A DNA stretch of 64,000 bases, taken from the NCBI RefSeq assembly GCF_009914755.1, contig NC_060948.1; one strand, written 5' to 3'. The stretch is from the human T2T-CHM13v2.0 reference genome, Homo sapiens. Made by a program: the position numbers and the translations under genes. Positions 40,802-61,375 of the stretch are shown here, one piece after another. Each line of letters starts with the position of its first letter. Position 1 is the first letter of the stretch. Below the pieces are notes generated by a model. The model did no database searches. It was not told the origin of the DNA and was given only the letters and a program-made list of their open reading frames with translations.

Positions 40802-41520
40802 CATTAACGTGCTGCCACTCAAATGCACCTGTTTCCTCTCAAGGAAAGTCACTTTCAAGAAAGATGCGGTGGAAAGTCGTTTGTTTGTGATCACCGGCGT
40901 GTTGGAACACCGGGCTGGTGAAAGCAAATAATGCTGTTACCTCGTCGTCATACTGTCACTGGATACGTTTTCCTGGGGTGCAGGGAAGCTCCTTCTGATA
41001 TAATACAGGGTGAAGAGATTCCCCCAAGAAGCCGTTGTTTCGGAGTCGAAACAAAGAAAAGCTTTTGCAAAACCCCCTGTCTCTAATTTCGTTTTAGAAA
41101 ATTAGATACTCAGAATTTTGCCTAAGATAACTGTATTACCGGGATGCAATTTGCTGTAGGTTGCTAGCTTTCCTGCGCGGGATCCCTTAATAAAAAGTGT
41201 CAGTTAAAATGAAAATACAGCTTGGGTAATTAAATTTAATTGGATCTTGTCACTTTACATCCGCTTCGTTTTGGAGGGTTTCTACGGAATTGCAGCTACC
41301 CGGTTTGCTAATTTCTTGACGGCAAGCTGCTGAGGAGAAGCTGACCCTCCTCTAATCAACTGACACCCTGTTTTTGCCAGGACTCTGAACCCTGCTAGTG
41401 ACGATAAACAAAGAAAAGGGAAGGAAGGGCTTAGGGTAGGAAAAGAGGGGGATGGAGTTATCTGTGGGTGATTAACTTGTTCTCCCAGCGAGTGAGCTGC
41501 TATTGTTACCATTTGCAGGG
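40800..41520. promoter_or_regulatory. Conserved non-coding element, probably SHOX downstream CNE6
   Basis: TTAATAAAAAGTGTCAG, GGTAATTAAATTTAATTGG, TGTCAC, CTAATCAACTGACA, TGATTAAC; about 15 kb from the putative CNE5, as I recall for CNE6. Confidence 0.55.
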
Positions 41521-41669
41521 GAGGAATCCCAGCTCTGAGAAAAGGCAGTGATTTTTCCTACCAGGACGGATTTCCATCCCTGCGATATAATATCCGCAGA
41601 TGTTTCTTCTAAACACTGTGAGCACCTACAGGGCAGCCACCCTTTACTCAGAGAGAGCCAATGCTCTTA

Positions 41670-42050
41670 ATGCATGATGGTTCTGGAGGCCACGTCTCCC
41701 AAATCAGCCTCTCTGCGCTACCGTGAACGGGTGTGCAGGACTGAGTTCCTTCTGCAGGTTCCAGGAGACAATCTGTACTTTGGTGTTTTCTGGGTCCTAC
41801 AGGAAACCCACAACCCTTGGCTCCTGGCTACGCGTCTCCTCTCCTTCTTCCTCTTCTGTCTCCTAATCTCCGCCTGTCTTCATCACACAAGGACCCTTGG
41901 GATTCCATCGGCCCACGTGGATAATCCCAGGTCACCTGTCCATCTGCCCGTAACTGAATCACATCTGGAAGCACCTGTTGCTATGAGTGCTCACATGCTC
42001 GTAGCTTCTAAAGATTGGGACCTGGGTATCGTTGGAGGTCCTCATTGAGC
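41670..42050 (-). mobile_element. Diverged MLT1 LTR
   Basis: GTTCTGGAGGCC, CCTTGGCTCCTGGC, AAGGACCCTTGGGATT, GGCCCACGTGGATAATCC, AATCACATCTG. Confidence 0.65.
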
Positions 42051-42070
42051 TGATCATGGGGAATAGAGAG

Positions 42071-42545
42071 TGTCAGGCCTCTGAGCCCGAGCTAAGCCAT
42101 CATATCCCCTGTGACCTGCACGCATACATCCGGATGGCCTGAAGCAACTGAACATCCACAAAAGAAGTGAAAATGGCCAGTTCCTGCCTTCACTGTTGAC
42201 ATTCCACCATTGTGATTTGTTTCTGCCCAACCGTAACTGACCAATGTTGTTTATAATCTCCCCTACCCTCAAGAGGGTTCTTTGTAATCTCCCTAACCCT
42301 TAAGAAGGTTCTTTGCGATTCTCCCCACCTTTCAGAATGTACTTTCTGAGATCCATCCCCTGTCCCCAAAGCATTGCTCCTATAACTCCACCGCCTGTCC
42401 CCAAACCTATAAGAACTAATGATAATCCCACCACCCTTTGCTGACTCTCTTTTTGGAAACAGCCCGCCTGCACCCAGGTGATTAAAAAGCTTTATTGCTC
42501 ACACAAAGCCTGTTTGGTGGTCTCTTCACACGGACGCGTGAGACA
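42071..42545 (+). mobile_element. HERV-H solo LTR (LTR7B-like)
   Basis: TGTCAGGCCTCTGAGCCCGAGCTAAGCCATCATATCCCCTGTGACCTGCAC start; GCTCACACAAAGCCTGTTTGGTGGTCTCTTCACACGGACGCGTGAGACA end; flanks GAGAG/GAGAT. Confidence 0.93.
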
Positions 42546-42903
42546 GAGATATTCCAGCAAATATCGGTCAGTGAGGGCTTGAGAAAGGGGGGAGGCCAAA
42601 GACTGGTCTACACCGGCTGACCCCGCCTGCCGGCTCACAGGGCATTTTCTCCTGCGGCCAGAGTTCCATCTCCCACCACAGCTCTGCAGACACAGCATCC
42701 AAAAATCAAGAATGCTGGATGCATGGAGAGAGTGGGCTTATCCTGAAGTCTGAGGAAAGAAGGAAGGAAGGAAATAAGGAAGGAAAGAAAGTAGGGAGGA
42801 AAGAAAGAAGGAGGGAAGGAATGGAGGAAGGAAGATTGGCTCAAGTTATCCTCCCACCTCATCCTCCCGGTAGCTGCACTGTAAGTCTGGATTGTAAAAG
42901 TTA

Positions 42904-43347
<444 letters not shown>

Positions 43348-43399
43348 CTACAAAGTCTTCACAGAGGTGTGGGCTGCACTCTGAAAAAAAAAAAAAAAA

Positions 43400-44168
<769 letters not shown>

Positions 44169-44459
44169 TAGCTTTTGACAGCCTGGCATATCATGTCTTA
44201 TGTAAAACCTTCTAATTTATAGAGGGCCTCAGGTTTAATCTTACACATTCTCCCGCCGTATCCTAAATTATCAATCATTTTAATGACATGTAAAAAAAAA
44301 TAACAAGCAAATCTTAGAGGACATCCTTATCGCCTATTTTAATACAATTTCCTAAATCAAACATCATAGGGAAGCTCATATAAAAAACTTACGCCTAGCA
44401 AGAAATTAAAGAAATATGTACTTAGGGCAATCAACGTTACACGGATAGACTTACCAGAT

Positions 44460-45355
<896 letters not shown>

Positions 45356-45479
45356 TGGTATACAGTGGAGAGAGTATGTTTGGATGTTGGAAAAAAATCT
45401 CGGAAAGAGAGAGTCTTTTGTAACTGGGTATACACAGGTGCCAGCCTCTTGCTGTCCATTTGGGAGAGTGCTTTTTTAG

Positions 45480-45905
45480 AAATTTTTGAAACAGGGTCTG
45501 GCTAGGCTGCCCAGGCAACAGTGCAATGGTGCAATTATAACTCACTGCAGCCTCAATCTCCTGGGCTCAAGCAGTCCTCCTGCCTCAGCCTCCTGGGTAG
45601 CTGGGACTACAGGAGTGTGCCACCAAAGTCAGCTAATTTTTTATTTTTTACTTTTTGTAGAGGTGGGGTCTTGCTACATTGCCCAGTCTGGTCTCAAACT
45701 CACAGGCTCAAGCAGTCCTCCTGCCTCAGCCTCCTGGGTAGCTGGGACTACAGGCTTGTGCCACCACAGTCAGCTAATTTTTTATTTTTTACTTTTTGTA
45801 GAGGTGGGGTCTTGCTACATTGCCCAGTCTGGTCTCACACTCAGAGGATCTCCTGCTTCAGCCTCCCAAAGTGCTGGGATGACAGGCATGCACCACCACA
45901 TCCTG
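45480..45905 (-). mobile_element. AluJ with an internal 142-bp tandem duplication
   Basis: GGCTCAAGCAGTCCTCCTGCCTCAGCCTCCTGGGTAG at 45564 and 45706. Confidence 0.9.
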
Positions 45906-46364
45906 CCAGTTTGAGCCAGTTCTATTCCCATGTCCCAGAGCTTCATTGGACCAATGACCGGGCATTTCATTCCCTCTTCCCCAAGAACTGAAGCGGATGA
46001 GCTTTCTCTTGGATGTTGTATGTTAGTGCTGGGATCTGTCAGTAGAGAAGGGTGCATGCCTGCCTTTTTGGAGCACACACATATAGACACACAGACACTC
46101 TCTCAGTGGCTCTTGACCTCTAACCATCAAGGCTGGGTGCGTGCATGGCCCCAGGATCCCAAGCATCCCTCAGGGGCTGACACTGATTGTTCGGTCTTCT
46201 GGTCAACCACTCAGTAAGTTCTTCCTCAGGCTCCTTGCTCACCTTGGCCACCATCCCCACTCTAAACGTTCCGGGGGCTCTCCTGTCCTGGCTGCAATGA
46301 TGCCCCAGGATTCTTGGGGACAGGGGATTCTATGGGGACTCACCGAAGAATGAGAAGGGTAGCA

Positions 46365-47554
46365 AGATAGTTAGATCATAGCTAAATAGATAATAGGTAG
46401 ATGATAAATAGATAGATGAAAGAGAGTAGATAGATGGTAGCTATAGGTGATAGATAGACAGATAATAGGTAGATGATAGGAAGGTAGTAGATAGATGTAG
46501 ATTAGATAGACAGATAGGCAGATGATGGAATGTGAGTAGATGAATAGATAGATGATAGATAGATACATACATACGTACATATATACATACATAAATACAT
46601 GATAGGATGTAATGGATAAAAGATAGAGGCACAGATGATAGAATGTGCGTGGATGAATAGATAAAAGATAGATAAAAGGATGTGAATGTATGAATAGACA
46701 GATAACAGATGGATGGATGGATAGATAATAGGATATGAGTGGATGAATAGATAGATAAACAGATGATAGGATGTTAGTGGATGAATAGATAGATGGATAG
46801 ATAGATGTGATGGTGGGTGGATAGGTGGATGAACAGATAGATAGATATATGGATAGGTGAATAGATAGATACTAGACAGATGTGATGGGTGGATGGATAG
46901 ATGGATGGATGAATAGATTGATAGATTGATCAATAGATAGAGAGATGATATATGGATTTCTTTTAATAGATATGACAGATAGTAGACAGATGATAGATGA
47001 ATAGATGGATAGTTATTAATAGATAGATAGACAGAAAGATGATAGAATGTGAGTGGATGAATTGATAGATGATAGATAGATAGATAATATATAGATAAGA
47101 TAGATACATAAATAGATACATAGATAATAGGATGTAATGGATAAAAGATAGATATACAGATGATAGAATGTGAGTGGATGAATAGATAAATGATAGATGA
47201 TAGAATGTTAGTGAATGAATAGACAAATGATAGATAATAGGATGTGAATGTATGAATACGTAGATAATAGATGGGTGGATGGCTACATAGGTAGATAGAT
47301 AGACACATAGATTGATAGATAGGTAGATAGATAGATAGATGATAGATAATAGGATATGAGTGGATGAATAGACAGATAGATGATAGATAGATAATAGGAT
47401 ATGAGTGGATGAATAGATAGATACATAGATGTGATGGTGGATGAACAGATAGATACATGGATAGATGAACAGATAGATACTAGATAGACATGATGGATGG
47501 ATGGATGGATGGATGGATGGATGGATGGATGGATAGATCGATCAATAGATAGAT

Positions 47555-47596
<42 letters not shown>

Positions 47597-47608
47597 CAGA
47601 TAGATAGA
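46365..47608 (+). repeat. Degenerate (GATA)n/(GGAT)n array
   Basis: Directly visible; pure GGAT and GATA runs at the 3' end. Confidence 0.95.
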
Positions 47609-48214
47609 CCTTCATGAAAAAATTCCCTACATTTAGTAGAATGCACTAGGACCTTACCCCTGGGGATGCTGAAACTTAAGTTGAGATTTGGGTCAACAAC
47701 ACAATGATTGTTTTCCAGGACGTGGCATCTGCTGATTCTGGGGACCAGCCTGAGGGAAGGCACGAATTTTGTCCTCCTTCTTCCAGAAGGAGGCCTCTTT
47801 GCAAATGGTTCTTGGGGAGAAAGTTTGCCTCTGGCTCTTTGGTATATTTCTGCATCTCAAGGGACATTTCTATCTCAACCTAATACTGAATTCCTCTTGG
47901 ATGAGTCTCAAAATCATGGTGTTTCTCTTCAGTTTCATGACTGGAGGGGGTGAGAGTCGGTGGGGTGGACACACCCATCCTCAGGACAGAGTCAGCAAGG
48001 AAATAAATATACTCCTGGTTCTCTAGTGGAGAGTTTAGCAATTTAACCTGAGAGGTTTGAGACTACCTACTCTATTTTCACGAGCAGTCTTGGATTTGGG
48101 GCCTCACTAAAGAAACTCATAAAATGCAAAGCACAGATGTAGAAAATGACCAAGAAAGAAAACAACTCGAAAATCAGTTTTAGGATGAGCCCAGGTTAAA
48201 AACGCAGCATACAA

Positions 48215-48541
<327 letters not shown>

Positions 48542-49182
48542 TCATTCGAACCCATTCTTAGTCATCTTTGTGAGATTAAAAAACCACAAATTCTGATTCA
48601 CTGGGATAGGGTTGAGACAGAAATCCATGCGAGTTTGAAAAGCATGTAAATTAGCTCAGACATTTTCAAGCACACACGGGGATTAAAACTCAGCCAACAG
48701 CTCTTCACTGTTGGGCCGCTCTATTACCAGGACTTTGATAAAAAGATGAAAGTGCACTGAAATGGTGGTCTTCAGTAGGTGAACTCTTCTGCTCAGAGGT
48801 TTTCCTATAGCTGAGATATTCTCCTGTGTCTTGTCCCTGCCTTTACTTTCACATATTAGTAGAGAATGAAAAGTTGAAGAATTTGACTTCACTTTGGGTG
48901 TTCGTTGGTGCAATGGATATGGTTGTCTGTTGAAGGGAGTGAACCTCTGAAAACGAAGCCATGGGCTGGCTCTCAGAGCTAAGATAAAATATAAGATGTC
49001 ATGAAGACCAAAGAGAGGAGAACCAGTGAAACTGGAATACAGAGTCCCAGACAATACCCTGGCTGGGTGGAGAAGATGCATGGATTTCATTGATAAGAGA
49101 CTGCAGGATTGTAAGACAGATGTACAAAATGGCTCAGAGAGAAAACTTGGGGTCTTTCTCTAGCCTGCTCCCAACATCTGAT

Positions 49183-49464
49183 TTCTTTTTTCTTTCTTTC
49201 TTTTTTTTTTTTTTTGAGATGGAGTCTTGCTCTTTCACCCAAGCTGGAGTGCAATGGTGTGATCTCAGCTCACTGCAACCTCTGCCTCCGGGTTCATGCA
49301 ATTTTCCTGCTTCAGCTTCTTGAGTAGTGGGGATTACAGGCGCCTGCCACCATGCCTGGCTAATTTTTGTATTTTTATTAGAGATGGGGTTTTGCCATGT
49401 TGACCAGGCTGGTCTCGAACTCCTGACCTCAGGTGATTCACCTGCCTCGACCTCCCGAAGTGCT
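49183..49464 (-). mobile_element. Alu (AluS), 5' end missing
   Basis: Ends at CCTCCCGAAGTGCT. Confidence 0.9.
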
Positions 49465-49644
49465 TTTTAAAAAATTTTCTTAGTATTTTTTTTTTCAAGG
49501 AGTCTTCAACAGCAGGAACCACATCTGAATTCTAAACCTCTCTTTTCCAGCTGATGACAACGTTGCCTTCTCTGAGTGTTTGACCCATCAAAGCCAAACT
49601 CTTTCTTCCACCATCTCCTGAAGGCACCATCTTGGTTGGCCACT

Positions 49645-50905
49645 GAAGTAGGCTGAATGTTGATGACCTGGAGAAATAGATCCTTGTCCTAATCCCTAAG
49701 AAGCAGAGAATGTTCACTTACGTGGTAAAAAGCGTCTTTGCAGACATGATGAATGAAGAATCTTGAGATGAAGAATTATCCTGGATTATCTGGGTGGACT
49801 CTACATCCAATGGCAGGTGTCCTTCTGGGAGACAGAAGAAGAGACACAGACACAGAGGAGAAGGCCACGTGGAGACGGAGGCAGAGACTGGAGTGATGCG
49901 GCCACAAGCCCAGGGACGCCTGGAGCCCCCAGGAGCTGGGAAAGGCAGAAAGGATCCTCCACTAGAGCCTCCAGAAGGAACTAGACAGAGTTGTAATGGA
50001 TTGAACAGTGGCCATGAGATAGACACGTTCATGTCCTAACCCCCAGAACCTGGAATGAGATCGCATTTGGAAATAGGGTCTTTGCACATATAATTAGTTA
50101 AGGATCTTGAGAGGAAATCGTCTTGGATTAGGGTGGGCTCTAATTCCAATAACAAGCATCCCTGTAGGAGACAGAGGAGGAGACACAGACACAGAGGAGA
50201 AGGCCACAAGGAGACGGAGGCAGAGACTGGAGTGATGCGTCCACAAGCCGAGGGATGCCTGGAGCCCCCAGGAGCTGGGAGAGGCAGGAAGGACCCTCCC
50301 CTGGGGCCTCCAGAAGGAACTGGATACAATTGTAATGGATTGAACAGTGGCTGTCGGAAAGACGTATTCATGTCCTAACTCCCAGGACCTGGAATGAGAT
50401 CGCATTTGGAAATAGGGTCTTTGCACATATAATTAGTTAAGGATCTTGAGAGGAAATCGTCTTGGATTAGGGTGGGCTCTAATTCCAATAACAAGCATCC
50501 CTGTAGGAGACAGAGGAGGAGACACAGACACAGAGGAGAAGGCCACAAGGAGACGGAGGCAGAGACTGGAGTGATGCGGCCACAAGCCGAGGGATGCCTG
50601 GAGCCCCCAGGAGCTGGGAGAGGCAGGAAGGACCCTCCCCTGGGGCCTCCAGAAGGAACTGGATACAATTGTAATGGATTGAACAGTGGCTGTCGGAAAG
50701 ACGTATTCATGTCCTAACTCCCAGGACCTGGAATGAGATCGCATTTGGAAATAGGGTCTTTGCACATATAATTAGTTAAGGATCTTGAGAGGAAATCGTC
50801 TTGGATTAGGGTGGGCTCTAATTCCAATAACAAGCATCCCTGTAGGAGACAGAGGAGGAGACACAGACACAGAGGAGGAGGCCACATAGAAATGACGGCA
50901 GAGTC
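49645..50905 (+). repeat. MLT1-derived tandem array, 339-bp period, about 3.7 units
   Basis: ATGTCCTAAC at 50031, 50370 and 50709; the same 81-aa ORF appears twice 339 bp apart. Confidence 0.95.
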
Positions 50906-51033
50906 CATCTAATTCAGGACACTCTCAACTTGAAATCCTGAATTTAACGTGTCTGTAAACACCTTATTTTTAATTAAGGTTACAAATAGTGTCCTGGCAA
51001 CGGTGTGTTTTAGGGGACACTTTAAGCTAATAC
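50905..51033 (-). mobile_element. MLT1 fragment in the opposite orientation
   Basis: ATCCTGAATTTAACGTGTCTGTAAACACCTTATTTTTAATTAAGGTTACA. Confidence 0.5.
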
Positions 51034-51379
51034 AGAGAGTGACAGCTGATTCTTGTAATTATCACAGAAAGGGAATTTTCATTTGCTGGAAGAGAGAAGA
51101 AAGCAGAAATTAAACAGGCAGTTTCTTCCACGTTGCTTTGGGCTCTGTTTGATTGCATTTACTCCAACCTCTGATGCCCTGAAGTGAAGGGTTTGGACTA
51201 CAAACCTCAAATGGGCTTCCAGCTCCAGGAATTTATGAACTTGCATTTTTTTTTTTTTGTTTTTGGTCTTTTGACAGAGGCCCTGAAGCGGCTACAGTAG
51301 AAGAAAAACAAATCTTCTACGAACAGAGAATTACTCTGGAAGGTCAAAAGCTAAGCTTAAAAGGATCTATTAAAACTCA

Positions 51380-52595
<1,216 letters not shown>

Positions 52596-52919
52596 TAGAA
52601 TCTCCAGTCCTTGGGCTCAGGGCTATTTGTACACACAACTACAGGGAGACTTTGGGTTTCCCGGTTCGGTTTTCCTTTAATCCGAAAGCTCTTCTGGAAA
52701 GAAAGTGATATTTCACCTGTTAAAGCTGCTGAATTATTCTCAAGCGGGTTCCGCGTATCTTGCACCTGTATTGGCCGATGAGCGTGAGAGACGCTCCCAT
52801 CTCGTTACTGGGAGAGGTGGGACTGGGGGGCTTCATCGCCAGAGGGATGAGGGGCTCGAGGTACTTACCTTTGTGGTGGGGACATTAACTACAGCATAGC
52901 CTGAATCTTGTGATGTTGA

Positions 52920-53607
<688 letters not shown>

Positions 53608-53689
53608 TAAATCAACGCCTAGAAAGTTTAGCATGTCCAGAATCTTTCGGAACAGGTGCTACCAGCCACCCACCTGGGCTGGTTCTTTT

Positions 53690-55455
<1,766 letters not shown>

Positions 55456-55859
55456 GGTTTGTCCTTTTAAATAGCCGATCGGGATATTTAGCGTTACGGT
55501 TATGCCTGGTTCCATAGCAGGGGTATTGAATGGTATGGAATCAAAATCGGGATATGACATTGTTACTGTAAGATGCTGTGAAACCTGCTCTCCACACTCC
55601 CTTGTAAACGGAGACAGGGGGGTTTGCCCCTTGTCCATCTGCGTCTACACATCATCCTGGTAGGGACTGTACCTTTTGCCCGTCTTTCACGGCAAAAGAA
55701 TCCTCCTGGTCCCCGGGTGGATATATAGGCTCCTGTTTCCAACGCTGGAGGCTGCAGCTCACCCCGCTGCACCCCCCTTACCCACCGCTTCTGATCTGAA
55801 CTCCGGGCTGATGTGGATTCAGCCAAACTGCCTGCTGTACCCCATTCCCATTCAATCCA

Positions 55860-56230
55860 TTACGCGGCTCCCTCCACCGACTCCTCATCTCCCTGACTTC
55901 TAATTTGACAATGACAAAGAGCTCCGCGGTGATTTTAAATTTCATAATTTTAATCTGTCAAGCCTGACATTTAATTACTGCCCTCCTCACCTTGCAGCCA
56001 CGTACGAGGGGGCTGCTGTGCGTCTTCCTTTAGAATGTATTTTTTCCCCCTTCCGTGGAGGAGTAGACTAATAAATAAGTATATGCATAACTGCCAGGTA
56101 CAAGACAATGTGCCAGGGATGGTCTATTAGCCCCAAATCTAGACAGATGAGGTTAATCATATTTCCAAGTGCCACTTTATCGTATTAGGAGTGATTAAAG
56201 CACAGCCTCGGCCCCCGGATGAGACGTCCG
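55860..56230. promoter_or_regulatory. Conserved non-coding enhancer, probably SHOX downstream CNE7/ECR1
   Basis: Four TGACA/TGTCA (MEIS/TALE) motifs within 55906-55969, interleaved with TAAT sites; about 30 kb from the putative CNE5, as I recall for ECR1. Confidence 0.6.
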
Positions 56231-56547
56231 TTGGAAACATGAAACAGGAGACCTGGTCTGTGCAGTTTCATGTGAGCCGTTAGAGAGGCACACAGGGAGG
56301 TTGTGGGAGCCTTATGGGAACCCCGATTTGCTGCGCTGCTGGTTGTGGGGTTTGCAAACAAAGCAAGGCAAGCAGGGATTGCTAAGAGATGGCTCTGGGC
56401 AGCTGGGGTACGAAGGTTGTTTGGGACACCTGGGGCCGTTCCTTGGGTGTCTGTGGGAGGAAAAGTCTCTCTCCACACGCTGCTGTAATAGCAGGTGTAA
56501 CAGACTCATCATAACTGGGTTACCTGTGTTGAGACCGTCCACCTTGA

Positions 56548-56884
<337 letters not shown>

Positions 56885-57913
56885 TAAAAATATTTGAAGG
56901 CATGCATCATCACATTCTGAGATCTCATGGATGAAGCTGGAAACCATCATTCTCAGCAAACCATCGCAAGGACAGAAAATCAAGTCTACCATGAGAAAGA
57001 CCCATTCTAATATGCCAAAGCAAAGCATGATGCACCTGGGGAGCCCAATTTCAGGTCAATATGGAAGAAGAGATGTCTCAATGCCAGAGTTGTGTGAGGG
57101 TGAAATGGCTTTTAATGACCAGGGTGAAATGTATTTTAGTAGAGACAGGGTTTAATGAGAAGGCGAGTTTCCTTCCGTTGGACATACCCCAGAGACCCCT
57201 GTGTCCCACCCAGAGAAAACCAAAGGCAGGTTCCAAGCAAGGGTCAGACGTTGGACTTCACAGCCCTGCACGTCCCTGCTAAGTCTTGGAGTCCATAAGA
57301 CGTCAGGGGGCTGCCGCCTGTGTCAGCTTCCTCTCTGCAAGTCCAGGGATGGCAAATGGATCACTTCAACATTGAAAATGCATTTTTGTATCAGTGTGGG
57401 CTGCAGAATGTCTCCAATGCAAAGAAAAACCTCATCATCCCAGGCAGAGACTTGGCAAATACCTCCTATCTGGAATGTTTGTACAACATGGTCTTAGCCT
57501 CCATTCCCATGTTATACATAATTCGTCCCCAGTGGACATAAAACAGTTCGTAACAATGCAAAAAATGCTTATCCTCGTAGTCCAATTGCAGTAAAAACAA
57601 AAAACAAAAAAGATCCTGAAAGATTGAATTTTCTTTTCTTATGATACATTCAGAATTGCGGTCCAGAATAATCAAGCCATATTATTTTCCATAAATGTCT
57701 GCATTTTTTTCTGGGAAACCCCAAGGGCCCTCTATGCAGAATGAAAAGCTTGGTCTAGCTTGAGATTTGGCAAGAAGCTGTTTAACACGGAGAAGGGCCA
57801 GGCAACAGCGGTTCCTCAGGTCATTTCCCACCATAAATAGCTCAGTGCAATTTAGAGAATGAGAGGGAAGTATTTTGTAATTTCACTAAAAGATTAAGAA
57901 AATATAATAGTAA

Positions 57914-58330
<417 letters not shown>

Positions 58331-58404
58331 TAAATCATTTTATCCTGAGCTTCTAACACACTGGTCATTGGGAGCACATGGTAATCACAAGGAAGAATTT
58401 TTAA

Positions 58405-59359
58405 AGTTTTTTTTAAAAAATGTATCAATGATAATGGGTACATAATAGTTGTATATATTTATGCCGTGCATGTGCTGTTTTGATACAAGCATACAATGTA
58501 TCGTGATCAAACCAGGGTGACTGGGGTATTTACCACCTCAAGCATTTATCATTTCATTTTATTTATCATTTATCATTTTATTTCATGATGTCAAATCCAC
58601 TGTTTTAGTTATTTTAAAATATACAATAAGTTATTGTTAAGTATAGTCACCTTACAGTGCTACCAAATAAGAGATCCTTTTCATTCTACCTCACTCCATT
58701 TTTAACTTTTTTCAATTATACTTTAAGTTCTAGGATACATGTGCAGAACGTGCAGGTTTGTTGCATAGGTATTCACGTGCCATGGTGGTTTGCTGCACCC
58801 ATCAACCCCTCATCTACATTAGGTATTTCTCTTAATGCAATCCCACCCCTTGGCCCCCCAGACCCTGACAGGCCCCAGTGTGTGACATTCCCCTCCCTGT
58901 GTCCATGTGATCTCATTGTTCAACTCCCACTTATGAGAGAGAACATGCAGTGTTTGGTTTTCTGTTCCTGTGTGAGTTTGCTGAGAATGATGGTTTCCAG
59001 CTTCATCCATGTCCCTGCAAAGGACATGAACTCATCCTTTTTCATGGCTGCATAGTATTCCATGGTGTATATATGCCACATTTTCTTTCTCCAGTCCATC
59101 ATAGCAGTGTATATAGTTATGGGGTATAAGGATATTTTTGTACCCATTACCATCTCTACCATTTCCTTCCTTCCTGCTACTTTTCTCAGCCTTCGGTCAC
59201 CATCATCCTCCTCTCCATGTCCTTGAGTTTAGTGTTTTTTGTGTAATTTTTAGCTCCCACACATGTGTGAGAACATGTGAAATGTGTCTCTCTGTGCCAG
59301 CTTGTTTCACTGAACATAGTGACCTCCTCTTCCATCCATGTTTTTGCAAATGACAGGAT

Positions 59360-59397
<38 letters not shown>

Positions 59398-59940
59398 AGA
59401 CAGAGTTTTGCTGTTGTTGCCCAGGCTGGAATGCAATGGCTCAATCTGAACACACTGCAACTTCCACCTCCCGGGTTCAAGCAATTCTCCTGCTTGAGCC
59501 TCCTGAGTAACTGGGATTACTGGCACCCACCACCATGCCTGACTAATTTTGTCTTTTTTTTTTTTTTTTTTAGTAGAGACAGGGTTTCTCCATGTTGGCC
59601 AGGCTGGTCTCGAACTCCCAATCTCAGGTGATCCACCTGCCTCAACTTCCCAAAGTGCTGGGATTACAGGTGTGAGCCACCACACCCGGCCAGGACCTCA
59701 TTGTTTTTTGTTTTTTTTTCCAGCTGAATACTATTTCCTTGTGATTGACAAATAATAATTATATACATTTCTAGAGCACCATGCAATGTTTTGATACGTG
59801 CATAGGATGTGGAATGGTTAGATCAAGCTCATTAACAAATGCATCACCTCACATACGTCTCATCTTTAGGAGGTAAGAGCATTTAAAATCGACTCTTTCA
59901 GCAATTTTGAAACATACAATACGTTATTATTAACTATGAG
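58405..59940 (-). mobile_element. Nested L1 3' ends: L1MA pieces, L1PA (about 58700-59101) and Alu(-) 59362-59691
   Basis: TTATACTTTAAGTTCTAGGATACATGTGCAGAACGTGCAGG (L1PA); GGGTACATAATAGTTGTATATATTTATG and TTTTAGCTCCCAC (L1MA). Confidence 0.87.
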
Positions 59941-60107
59941 AATGAGAAAGAAGAGGACAAGGAGCTCTCAGAGAAGCAGCAAACATAGGTCCAAGGTCCT
60001 CACAACATTGACTTAAGCACCAACTGACTGCCTCTTAATTAGGTGCTTCCAAGTAAATATAACTATCATCTATCAGATATAATACCAGAGACACCATACA
60101 ATATATA

Positions 60108-60904
<797 letters not shown>

Positions 60905-61090
60905 TATATGGAAATTATATATTTATTACACCTTTTGTATACATATTGTATATTGCGTATATCTATATGTCTTTACATAAATATGTTCATGTATCTATGT
61001 CCATTATATGTATTTTATACATATGTATATATGTATAAAATCTATTTATATATACATATGTATCTGTATACATATGTATATATTTATATG

Positions 61091-61368
61091 TATCTATTTA
61101 TATATACATATGCATACATACGTATCTATTTATATATACATATGCATACATACGTATCTATTTATATATACATATGCATACATACGTATCTATTTATATA
61201 TACATATGCATACATACGTATCTATTTATATATACATATGCATACATACGTATCTATTTATATATACATATGCATACATACGTATCTATTTATATATACA
61301 TATGCATACATACGTATCTATTTATATATACATATGCATACATACGTATCTATTTATATATACATATG
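61091..61368 (+). repeat. 32-bp minisatellite, 8 perfect copies plus a partial (TATCTATTTATATATACATATGCATACATACG)
   Basis: Units start at 61091, 61123 ... 61315 and 61347. Confidence 0.96.
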
Positions 61369-61375
61369 TCTCCAC

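Noticed and set aside
46502-47458. 318-aa ORF, and similar YLSI-rich ORFs at 5966-6753 and 14219-16919
   Set aside because: Stop-poor translations of (TATC)n arrays
49794-50717. Repeated 81-aa and 111-aa ORFs
   Set aside because: Products of the 339-bp MLT1 tandem unit, not gene duplicates
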